Below, piece by piece: positions 15,604 to 27,333 of a DNA stretch of 64,000 nt. The notes under the pieces were generated by a model. That model saw nothing but the letters and a program-made list of their open reading frames with translations, did not search any database and was not told the origin of the DNA. This stretch comes from the human T2T-CHM13v2.0 reference genome, Homo sapiens: assembly GCF_009914755.1 (NCBI RefSeq), contig NC_060929.1. One strand, written 5' to 3'. The stretch's first letter is position 1, and every line of letters begins with the position of its first letter. The position numbers and the translations under genes were made by a program.

Positions 15604-18600
15604 GTACGCCGGGGAGCCCTGCCCGGGAGGCGGGCGCCGGGCTTCTCTCCTCCGGGGGACCCGCTGGGTGACTCTGGAGAGCTACCCCACGGCCCTTGGA
15701 GCCCTCGGCTCGCAGCGGGCTGGAGTCTCCGGTACCTCCCGGACCTCAGCTCGGCGCGCGCCCCGCGGCTGGGCTTTGCGCCCCGGGAGGGCGGGTACCG
15801 CGTCCTGGTTACCTTGGGGACCCCAGTCCTCATTCTCCCGGCTTTGGCCAGATGCGCAAAAAGGGCCGCTGGGGCGATGCCGCGCGCCCCCTCGCCTTTG
15901 TTCCAGCCCGAGGGCGCTGATGAGCAAACTCAAGGCGACCTGGGTGGGGGTGACTGGAGCCGGGCTCGCCAGGGCTTCCGACGGTCAGAAGCCACCCGTG
16001 GTGCCAAGACTGCAGCTGCCGAGAGTGAGGGGTGCTCTCAGGGGCACCCCAGTTTCCAGCCTCCCAGCGCCCCCGCGGCACATGCTGCCGTGCTTTGGCC
16101 ACGTTCCCACGCGCACCCCGGTTGCGCCCCCCTCTGGTGTCCGCTCCACTGGGGACTCCTTCGCCCCCTCGGAGTCGCTGCTGCAGATCGCATCGCCCCC
16201 TAGTTAAAATCGCCCCAGAATTTCTGGGACCGGAGTGAGGGGATCCGGAGCAGGTTAACGGGGTAGGAGGAGGCCTTACTGGAAAATACATGGTAATTGT
16301 GGGAACAGATCAGCGGTCCCGCGCCCGCGCGTGCCCGTGGAGGTTCAGTGCCCAGCACTTTGCATACCCCAGCTCGGTATGCAAAGAAGCTTCGCGATAA
16401 AGATGTGTATCCCAGTTTTACAAATAAAAAAATTGAGTGTCAGAAGAGGTGAAATGACTCACCCAAGGTCACACAGCTAGTAGTGGGAGAATCTGGAGTG
16501 GGACCTGTGTCTCTCTGCCCTCCCTCCCCTCACACGCCCAAGTATTTAGAAGTATTTTGTCTTAAGGCTGGGCCTTTGTAGCATCCTTTGGGCAAAAGGT
16601 GAGAGGAGTGTGTGTGTGTCTAAAGCACAAAGGCTCGGCTCAATGGGGAAGCAAGTCAGCTGTGAGGTTAATTTAGTGTGAGGTTCTGGAAGAGGGACAT
16701 ATCACCCCATCTCTGCTATAACACTCCCATATAGCTCTCCCTTCTAGGCATTACATGCTCTTAAAGAATAATTTCCCCTGGAGCGGGTTGAAGTGGACAG
16801 TGCTGAGCCCAGGATTCCCAGGGTCAGCTTATGGAAGAGGAGCCAACTCCTACTTTACAAGCCTCTGAGCAACTGCACTCAAACGTTCAAATTCCCAGAG
16901 AGCTGTAATCATCAGCAGAGTCACCAGCTAGTCAGTGGCAGAGGTGGGATTAGAACCCAGGTCTGCTTACTGGAGGGTGGCCTCTACCTCCTGTGGACAG
17001 GGCTATTGCCAGGTTGGGGGAGAACCCACCCGCGGGTCAGGAGATATCTGGGGATGTTGGCAAATAGGGCAGCAGATATTCTCGCCACATAGACACTGGG
17101 ATGAGGCACCTCGGCACAGGCCCCTTTCCTTGGTTTCTTAATTTAAAAATGTTTATACTATTCTAGTAAAAAGCCATTCTGCCACCTGTGGGTCAGCCCT
17201 GGGGTGCGTAAAGGGACAGACACACGCCAGGCAGGCTAAATATAGCTAGAGATTTATGTATTCTCCATCCCTCTCAACTCTCTCTCTGTGGACTGGGCCA
17301 CCCTAGTCTGGGAGCCGGCAGTTAAGGTTGGTTACCCACTGCAGTGTCTAAGTATGGGGAATTCAGACTCTTCTCTGGGGATTGAAGCTTGCACTGAGTT
17401 TGAGGAAGGGGTCAGAACCGGAATTCCTGAGTCACATCGGGTGGCAGATGCCAAGAATATGAAGGGCCGTTAATTGTTTTCCGACCTACCAGTATGAGTT
17501 TCTTGCACACCCTGTGCTGTTTTTTGTACCTCTGTGCTTGGCATGTGATGGTCCCCATGCATGGATTGTCCTTTCTTGTCTAGTCTGCCTTTCAAAATCC
17601 AGTTGTCGTTACCTCCTCCAGGAAGCTTTCCCTGACCACCCACAGTCTCATCCTTTGCTCTGCTATCTGGATGCCTGAAGTCCTTTCCTGCTCATCGTTG
17701 CAATGACTGCATTGTCACTGCCTGTCTCTGTGACTCTTTGCGGTTCCCTGAGGACAGAGCCCTTGTCTTGATCATCTTGTATCCCTGGTTGCCCATCCCA
17801 GAGACTGGTGCCTGGCAAGGGCTCAAAAACTGGTGGTGGAGCTCGAATGTTGCCTGAATCTTAGGCTGAAGGAACACTTGGCACAGTCTTGCCCTGTAGA
17901 ATCCTTGTGCTTTCGTTCTCAGGAAAAGGACACATGCGTGGGGTTCTTTCTGCGGGACTTGAAATAGAGAGCTGGCATTTGCTGAGCACCTGGATTCCAT
18001 GCCAGGCTTCCTGCATATGTGGCTTCATTTACACGCCAAGCATGCTTCTCCTCAAGGCTTCTGCACTTCCTGATCCCTCTCCCCGGCACATTCTTCTGCC
18101 CTCCTCCCCATGGCTCCCACCAGGCTTCCTTGGGGTCTCTGCTTGAACGAGGGGCCTGCTGTTGCCCCAACCCCACTCACTCCTTTGACCCAGCTTTAAG
18201 TTTCTCCTTAGCACGTGTCACTATGCGACACGCTGTATGTGTAGTTAGCAGTTTCTTGTCTGTCTCCCCCAGGGAGATTTTGTCTGTTTTATTCACTGCT
18301 ATACGTTTAGCACCTGGAGCAGTGGCTAGTACAGAGTAAATGTTCAGTAAGTACGTGTTGGATGGGATGAATGGATGAATTTAATTCTTCTAACATCCCT
18401 GCAATGTAGGCATTATCATCTCCATATTACAGTTGAGAAGCCGAGGCTCAGAGAGGTAAAGTGGCTTGTCCCAGCTCACACAGTTCACCTAGTTGGCAGA
18501 ACTGGGATTGCAATTTAGGTTAACTTAGCTCCAAAGTCCTGCATTCTTATTCTGACATGCTGTGGCCTCCCAGCCCGTGATTTAGATAACATTTATTGGG

Positions 18601-21600
18601 TTCCCCACCATGCACGTGGCATGCTACACTATACAATAAGGAAATGCCAAAGAAAGGGAAGGTTGTTTATGATCGATTGCGGAAGCCTCTTGGCAGCTCT
18701 TGCAAAGTGCATCAGCATATTCAGAGAAATGCCCTTTAAACAGAACGTGCAGCACAGGACCTCACATCTACTAAGCTCCTACTGTGTGCTCTACACTCTC
18801 TTTCCAGTTGCAACTCAACCCTGCAAAGTAAGGTGCCATTCTCCACCATTTTAAAGAGATTAAGACACTTTGCATACAGTTAGGCAGTGGCAAAGCTGGG
18901 CTTAAAAGACTGAGACCTGTCTGACTCCTCATACCATGTAGTCCTTCTCTCTCGAGTCCGTTAGCCTTCATCTGGGTATTTGAAGGGAGAAAAAAAGTGT
19001 AAGCAGGTGGGGATAGGGGAGGGCAGCGTTCCAGGATGAGAGTGAGGGGAGGTGGAGGGAGGGACTCATCCCCTTCTCCTAACAGCACATTCCAATCCCT
19101 TCCTTCTCGCCTCTTGGGCTCACCTGCAGCTCTGGTTGGAGAATACACTAAATTCAAACAACAGGTTGGGTTTCATCATTAAGTTGGCCCACGCTTGACC
19201 GAACCAACAGCTTTTTCGTATTAGCTCAATAACCGGGCATCCTGGAGCTTTGGAGTGAGGAAAGTGTGTTGATCCCGCTCTATATCAAGCCCTTGGTCAA
19301 GGGCTTTACCCACAGTATCTATTTGAAATCCTCATAACAACCCTTTAGAGGGACTATATTTATCCCCATTTTACAGGGCAGCAAGTGGAGGCTCAGAGAG
19401 GTCAAGGACACAGAGTAAGGGGAGAAGCAGCCTCCCCTAACCTACGTGGACAGTCTGTAAGTGCTGCATCCAGACAAAGAAGCACTCGCTTACCCCAGAC
19501 AGTCTGACATCCTCCCTTGCAGAGCCCTTTTCTCTTTTTGGCCCAGATAAGGGGCCATGTGGATGCTGAGCCTAGCCGGGACACATCTGCTGCTCCCTGA
19601 CTTCCCATCTGAGCCATGGGTGGTGTTGCTCCCAGGGCCTGGCAGCCACTGTTTTCCCTGGATCTGGACTTTCTCAGCTCTTGGGAGGACAGCGACCCTT
19701 GTCACCCTCCTTCCAGCCATGGCAATACTGCATGGATGGCCCATGGAGTGATATTGCCTCTTCTCTTTCTACCTCTCCTCCCGCTTCCCCAGGCACAACT
19801 TCACGTTCACTTGGGCTTTACCTTGCTTGTCTTGTCCCATCTTCCTCCCTTCCACCAGGTCATTAAGAACCACCTCTATCAGTGATTCTGTAGAATCAGA
19901 ATCGCTTGCTACCCTCAGGAGCTGGCCCTAGTGGAAGGGGCCAACATGCTGTAACAGAACGGGACACCCAGTTGGTCACATCACTAAAGAGCACAAGTTA
20001 CTGCTACCCTGTGACTCAGAGAGGGAAAGTCAGCACCCAACACTCCACGCAAGGCCTGGCCACCAGACCATGTGGTCTCTCCACCGTGGGTTGTGACCAG
20101 CTGTAAAAAAAATCTTTAATGACATAGAATTTTAAAAATCTGGTGCATTTATGTAGTAAGAGTATTTTTGCTTCATAAACTTTTGTTTCAGTTGCGCATG
20201 CGGGTGTGTGTGAGATGTGTGTTTTGTGTGTTGCCATGTAAAATGCATTTCTTTCCCTGGGACACAGCGGGAGCCGTTGAGAGTTGGAAGGCCCCTGGCC
20301 TACAGCAGTGCAAGGCTGGTGTTATGGTGTTAGACTCAGATCTTAGAGTCAAGCTGCCTGGGTTCAAATTTCAGCTCGGCCAGTTCCCAATGGCATGACC
20401 TCTCTGTGCCTCAGTTTCCTCACAGGGAGACTAGGGGTAGCTCCTTCACGGTTGGTGGGGGTGGGAATTACATGGAATAGAGAAAGTGAGTGTTCAACAA
20501 ATGCCCAGGATGGTAGCCATCATGGTTCTGGGAAGAGAGGCCTCGGGCCTGCTCCTAGAGTCCCGGCACGGGGCTGGCTGACAGGTGCCCTTCACTCCTT
20601 GCCTTGAAAACCCTGCCCCAGGTGACCACAAGCCTCAAACCAAGGGGCTGAAGATGGGGAGGCACCCCTTTCCTGTCTACTGTCAGCAGTTCCCAAGGGT
20701 TCCTTGGGCTCTTTCCTGAACACCTGATTTCTGCTAAGAAGGATATGCCTGGTGGGTTGCATTTACAGTTCTCCTGCAGGGGAACACAGCCTGGGTTTAA
20801 GGACTCAAGTTCTAGCAGGAGAGACCGACAAAGACACAGCAGTTACAGTACGCGGTCGGCAGGGAAGCTCAGGGAGTTGTGAGAGCCCAGAAGATGCAGG
20901 GGAGGCTTCCTGGAGGAGGTGCGCTCTGTCTAGCTGAGCCCGTAAAGAAGAGACATCAGCTAGGAGAAGGGAGTGAGAAAGGCTGTTCAGGGCACCATGT
21001 GCAAAGGCCTGAGGGAGGGGGAGCAGCACAGGTGTGGGGGGCTGTGGAGTTCTGAGGACCCCAGTGCAAATGGGGGTGGGATGTGAGGTCACAGCAGTGG
21101 GAAAGTCTGGAGGCGGGGGCCGGGGGTAAGAGGAGGCTTCTTGTAGGCCAGGCTGCAGTCAGGAGGCTTGGATTTCTCAGCTGCCACACTCCCAACCGGG
21201 ATAATGTGCTGTGTTTGCCAGCAGGGGCGTAGCATTTTCCCTGGGCTGGACCTCAAGGGCCGCTCAGAACAGGCTGTTTAATCTCCCCCATGGAGAAGAG
21301 TCAGCTCTGCCTCTCTTTTGGACCAAAGGGCTTTCTGTACTTATGGTGCTCTCTGAGGGCTTAAAATAGAAGCCCAGAGGCCAGGTGTGTGGTTAGAGCT
21401 TAGAGCAGAGAGGGAAGAGGGAGGGCGCCAGGTCGCAGCCCGACAGGTAGCACACGCTCACCTGGGCAGTGTCGCGGGGTGGTCCGAGCTTCTGCACACC
21501 TGCCCTGCACTAGGCCCTTTATTCCATCCCATTGAAGCCGTCATGAGAGCCTTGCGAGGCAGTCTTCTCATGTCACAGAAGGGGAAACTGAGGCTCAGAG

Positions 21601-22543
21601 GGGTAGTGAGACCTGCCCGGCCCAGGTGGCCAGGAAGTGGCAGAGTGAATTGGATCCCAGGCACGCTGGGCTCCACACCCCTTCCCCTCCATCCCACGGG
21701 GCACTGCACCCTGGGGCCTCTTGCGGCTCCTCTTGCTGACTTGCTGCTGCCCCTTGTCCTCGTCCTGAGCACCTGAGCCCCACCCTTATTGCAGGTGCAC
21801 TCCCTTTGCCCTCTGAAGATGAATTACTTCTGTCCACAGCCGCCAAAATGAAGCTGTGCCTAGAGAAGCCCCCTGCCCCCGCCCACCTCACCCCAGGCCT
21901 GTAGACTCTGGAACTCAAAAGCTGGATGTGGCCTCTGGGAATCTTGCCTGAGAGGAGACGGGGTGAGCTTGAGTTCTGTGCTCCTTCTTCCTGCCCAACT
22001 AGGACTCAGGCTCCTGACTCATCTGCCTGGTAAAAACTGGCCCATGCTGACACCCCCAGCCCCCAATGGCAAGCATCACAGTGCTCCCAATACCTTCCCT
22101 GGGCCCAGGGTCCTCACAGGCCCTTCCCCCATCCCGGACTTCCAGGCAGCCCCCACCAGTCAGTGAGCAAGGGCCCAGGTGAGGGTGAGAGCCCTTTGTC
22201 ATCCAGGGCCCGCGTCTGTCCTGCAGGTGAGAAGTGTCCTGTCCCCATGCTGTGCCCCCAGCAGCAGCAGATTAACCGCACAGGCTGGAGTCCTTCCTTC
22301 TCGGGTCTGAGTCTGGGCCTCGCCCCTTTTTAGCCAGACAAGTGACGTAACCTCTCTAAGCCTTGGTTTCCTCTTCTACAGAAAGGGGAGAATGATGTTA
22401 CCTCTCAGGCATGCCAAGTGTCCAGCAGGTACTAAGTGTTCACACGTAGCACCTGCTAGGATTATGTATTCACTGGGAGATGAGCCCCTCCTCCACACTG
22501 ATCTTAGGATTGGGTGCTCTCAAGGGAGACAGACACAAAAGAA

Positions 22544-22587
22544 TAACCACTAACTTGTATCACGTAACCACTAACTTGTATCACGTA
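22544..22587. repeat. 21-bp perfect tandem duplication
   Basis: TAACCACTAACTTGTATCACG x2. Confidence 0.92.
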
Positions 22588-23358
22588 GCCCGTCTGTGCC
22601 AGACAGTGTTCTCAGCAGGTACGTCCATGTCTATCAGGACAAGCCCTGGGAGATGGCTCCTATTATTAGTGCCCCAACTCTTGGGAGAACGTAGGCACAG
22701 AGAGGGAAGGTAACTTTCCCAGGGAACACAGCTCAAGCAGTCCAACATGATTCCAGCTAGAGGGAAGGAACGTCAGTGTGGAAGGGAATGTTGGGTCAGG
22801 GTGGAGGGTTCCCATGGAGGACATTTCCCATTTGCACTGGAAGCCTTCATTGTATTTGGCAGAACTCTGTAAGCATTTAGAAATCTTGGCAGGTTCATTT
22901 TTAATTGCTCACCTAGTTCTTTTACTTTTCTTTGTCTCACATCGCACCTCTAGGCATGGCAGGGTGGGGGCCCTCTCCAGGCAGCCTGTGGGTTCACCAT
23001 GGGGATTCCCAGCAGATAGTCCCCAAGGTCTGGTGTGCAGATCTCCAACTCCCTGCCCAGGCAGGTCAGGGGAGAGCTGATGCCCTGAGGGCTTTCTGGG
23101 CAGCAAATCAAAGGCCATGCCATCCCCAGGGAAGCAAAGACTCTCCAGCAGCATAGTCTGCGGGGGCTGTGGTGGCCTGAGAGCTGCCTGCAGACCTGAA
23201 GGGGAAGTGCATGGTGGACCCAATGCAGACATGACCAGTGTGTAGACATCAAAGGAGAGCAGATTCCAATTCAACCAAAGGAGGAACTAACTGTGGGAAC
23301 TGTCTGGAGCTGGACAGCGGGGAGAACGTGCCTGTCACTGGAGTACACAGGTAATTAG

Positions 23359-23847
<489 letters not shown>

Positions 23848-24773
23848 TAGTCCCCCTTTCAGTTCTGCATGGCAGAGGGTTTAGCCCCACTTTATAGATC
23901 AGGACATATAAGGCACAGGACGGTGACGTCACCTGCCTCAGCCCAGTTCTCATACCTCCCTGTGTCCACCCAGCCTCAGAACTTTCAGATAGCGGCAGGT
24001 GTTTCTGAGCAGAGTTTGGGACAGCCATCCCAGGACCACAGACCCAGCAAACTCATCCCTTCTTCTCCTTTCATCTTATTACCAGGACTCAGGGCCACCC
24101 AGAGCTGGCCGCTAGCCTCACTTCTAGGCAAGGGGGGGAAAGTTCTTTAATGACTAAGCCATTTGGGGAAATGGGTGGGGTCGAGGTGTCTTGGGCAGTA
24201 TTGGCACTTGGCAGAATGCCCACAGCTATTAAACAGTGTATTTTGTTTACATCCTCAACATTACACATTGTTTATATCACAATTGCATCCCTCAGGCACG
24301 TATTTTCTTTCCTTTTGCTACAAGGATGGATTTATGAGATGGGTCTGCGCTGTACTCCGTGTCTCCATTGCCAGGTCTGCCTGGTAACTTTCCAGTCCAA
24401 ACAAGCAGATCTCCATGTCTCAGAAAAGCTTCCCTTCCCTTAAAGTTTGGTCCATTCAAGGGCAGGAGATGGCAGAGTGGAATTTCCATGTCTCTGCAGG
24501 AACTTCAGCCCTGCAGATAGGTCACTCAGGGGCTCTGTTCTCAGGACCAGAGGGTGCTCAGAATCCCTGTCCCAGCTCCCACGTGGCAGATGGGGATACT
24601 GAGGACCAGAGCCTGGCACAAGGTCACCAGGTGATTACAAATGGGGTCTTTCGCTGGAATCTCAAGAAAGGTGGCGGAAAGAGGGTGGGTTTGGAGGCAG
24701 TCCCAAGTTTGAATCTCAGTTCCACTGTCTCTAAGCTGTATGATCCTGGGCAAGTCTGTTCCTCCCTGAGCTG

Positions 24774-25317
24774 TGTTATACACAAAGTTTTGGTGCCGCA
24801 AAAGGAATAGCACTCAAATATACATTTTCTTAATGCTCAGCAAGGCAAGTTACTTCTATAGAAGGGTATGCCCTTACAGATGGAGCAATGGTGAGCGCAC
24901 ACTTGGACAAGGGAGGGGAAGGGGTTCGTATCCCTGACGCACGTGACCCCTGCTGCTGTGTTGTTCCCCTATTGGCTAGGATTAGACCGCACAGGCTAAA
25001 CTAATTCCGATTGGCTAATTTAAAGAGAATGATGGGGTGAGTGCTTTGGCGGGAGTCAGGGCAGAGCAGGTAGCAGGTAATCGGAATGAGTTAGGGTGGA
25101 GCAGGTGATCAGAATGATGGAGCAGATAATCTGAATGAGTTAGAGTGGAGCAGGTGATCAGAATGAGTTAGGATGGAGCCTATGATCGGAATGAGTCAGG
25201 GTGGAGTAGATAATCGAAAAAGGTTGCTTTACGAGGAAGTTTAAAAGTAGAAGGCAAAGCATTGAACATACTGACATATTAATTATTTGAAAAGAAATTT
25301 AGAACTCATATCTAACA
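24774..25317 (-). mobile_element. 3' LTR (LTR10F-like)
   Basis: Minus strand begins TGTTAGATATGAGTTCTAAATTTCTTTTCAAA, as recalled for LTR10F; internal ~28-bp tandem array; preceded on the minus strand by purine-rich CAAGGGGAGT. Confidence 0.85.
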
Positions 25318-25348
25318 ACTCCCCTTGTATTTCCTTACAGCTTTCTTT

Positions 25349-27050
25349 TCAAACTTTTTTTAACATGTCTTGGCTTAGTTGTTCTGCTTGATTTTCCAAA
25401 AGCAGTAGCTTCTCTGGATAAGATGGAGGATAGTTAAGTGAGGTTTTAGTAAGTGCTGTTTTTATGAGCCTTTGCATCAACTTACAGATACATGGTATGA
25501 CATAGCACCTGACAAGAATAAGTGCACCTATCATGGCTGCGAGGGAAATAAGAATTGAGGGTATTATTCCTTTCCATTTACTGAATTACTTTTTTAGCCA
25601 TCCTATAAAGGGGTCATTTACCCGAGTTGCTGGCTAACTCATTGGATAGAGCAGTCAGACCTTGCAATGCCTTTGTTATACTTCCATTAGGGGCGGTGTT
25701 GTTTGGGATGAAGGTGCAACATTGAGTTTTAATCATGACGCAAACTCTTCCTCTTTCTGCTAGTATGTCTAAGGCTATCCTATTTTCCCAAGCCATCTGG
25801 CTAGTAGCCCCATTTGTTCAGCTATTTCTTTAACAGCATCTCCAGCGTAGTTAATAAATCGCTGTTGGTTGTAATAGATGTAGTTTATCCAATCTACATT
25901 TTTATTAACTGTCACCCACCAAAATATTGACTCAAATCCTGCAGCTATTTGATTTCAGGCTTTAAATTGATCTGGTATTCCCCATGGGACTCCAATTGCA
26001 TCTAAATAGACGTGAGAGTCAAAAGACCTGTAAGGGCTTCTCTTGCTTTATGATGTCTTGTTTTTCCTCCCACTGGTTGATGAAATGCCAGGGTGAAAGG
26101 GATAGCCAACTGGACTAAAACACAAGTGCCACTCCAGTTATTCGGCGGAGTGTCCAGTAAAGGTCCACCACAATACCACCATACATCCGCTCTGGGATGA
26201 ACAAGGGCTGACTTATTGGTAAGCTCTTGAAAGTTCTTAAGCTCACTGCATCCCTTCAGGTCTCCAAGGAAGGCTAAGTTTCTTCCCTGTCATGAGAGAC
26301 ACGAAGTGAACTTAGTGTTGGGAGATGGAAGCTGGATGGCCCTCGGGGGCTGACCCGCAGGGTGCTGGACTTGGGGATATAGCAGAGAGAGAGCTTGGCA
26401 CCACTTATTACTTCAGGCTGTAGAATCCTGGAAAAGAGCTACCATGCAGGCCACACCTGGTCGACTGGAAGACCACCTTAGTGGAAAGGTGACAATTTGG
26501 GCCTCTGGCCTGCCATGTACACAAGCATAACAATTGCTTTTGTTTAACGTGCAGACGGAATATTTGATCCATTCCAACCAGGCATTTGCATCTTGGTATT
26601 CTGTCTAATTGCCAATGTTTGTTTTAACTCTTTAACTTCTATGATCCTCTAGCAAAATGAATGTATGGTTTTTAGGAAATTACAGAAACCGGTTGGGGCA
26701 GTCCATCCTTGCTGTTTAGTGGTCCACAGAACGTTGGACCAACTACGGCATAAAAGCTCTACATCAGGGGGCAAGACTCCTAGTTGACACTGGGGTCTTT
26801 ATCGAAATCTTCCCAGATTAAATGGTCCTAATTTACTAATGCCCAGTCTGAAGAAAGTCAGGAGGGATAGAGGTACTTTTCTGAAGCAGAGAGCTGTCTT
26901 TGACTTGGCAAGTCCCCACAGGGTATAACAAGGCAAGCATTAAATGCAATAGTTTGAGGTGAAATTGACTTGGTTTTGTTAATAACTAGATGGTCAGCAA
27001 TAGAGCGAGGAAGAAGAAAGAGTAATAGAATCAAGAGTTTAGCTTTAGTT
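25349..27050 (-). pseudogene. Disrupted gamma-type retroviral env
   Basis: Fragments include VWWYCGGPLLDTPPNNWSGTCVLVQL (SU), WENRIALDILAERGRVCVMIKTQCCTFIPNN (immunosuppressive domain with CX6CC) and a TM/cytoplasmic-tail fragment; multiple stops and frameshifts. Confidence 0.85.
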
Positions 27051-27111
27051 TGGAAGGGTTTTCCCCTGGGACTATGGCCCACGACTCTGGAGGGGGTGGT
27101 GCTTTCTTGAC

Positions 27112-27333
27112 TCAGATGTGATGAGTCCATCCCTTTTTCACTGTACAAACAGCAGTCTTGGTGGTTAGCAGCACAAGGTAGGGTCCTTCCCAGGCTGGCT
27201 TGAGTTTTCCTTCTTTCCATCCTTTGATGAGAACGTGATCGCCAGGTTGGTGCTGCTTTACTGGAAATTCTAGGAGTGGTACATGTGCTAAAACACTTAG
27301 TTTTGAGGGAAAGGTAAGTGGGAGATAAACCAA
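27112..27333 (-). pseudogene. Retroviral integrase C-terminal (GPY/F) remnant
   Basis: HQPGDHVLIKGWKEGKLKPAWEGPYLVLLTTKTAV, typical of the 3' end of gamma-like ERV pol. Confidence 0.8.

Larger units (their letters stand above)
15080..16340. promoter_or_regulatory. CpG-island promoter of NEURL1B with Sp/KLF GC boxes
   Basis: Very high GC and CpG density around exon 1; GGCCCCGCCCC (~15316) and GGGGCGGAG (~15352); no obvious TATA box. Boundaries approximate. Confidence 0.88.

Noticed and set aside
14981-16207. 408-aa plus-strand ORF across the promoter
   Set aside because: Starts at GTG, is Arg/Pro/Gly/Ala low-complexity, out of frame with exon 1 and explained by stop-codon scarcity in a CpG island.
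25349-27050. Possible co-opted syncytin-like env
   Set aside because: Broken into short frames by stops and frameshifts; the immunosuppressive-domain fragment is only about 60 aa.
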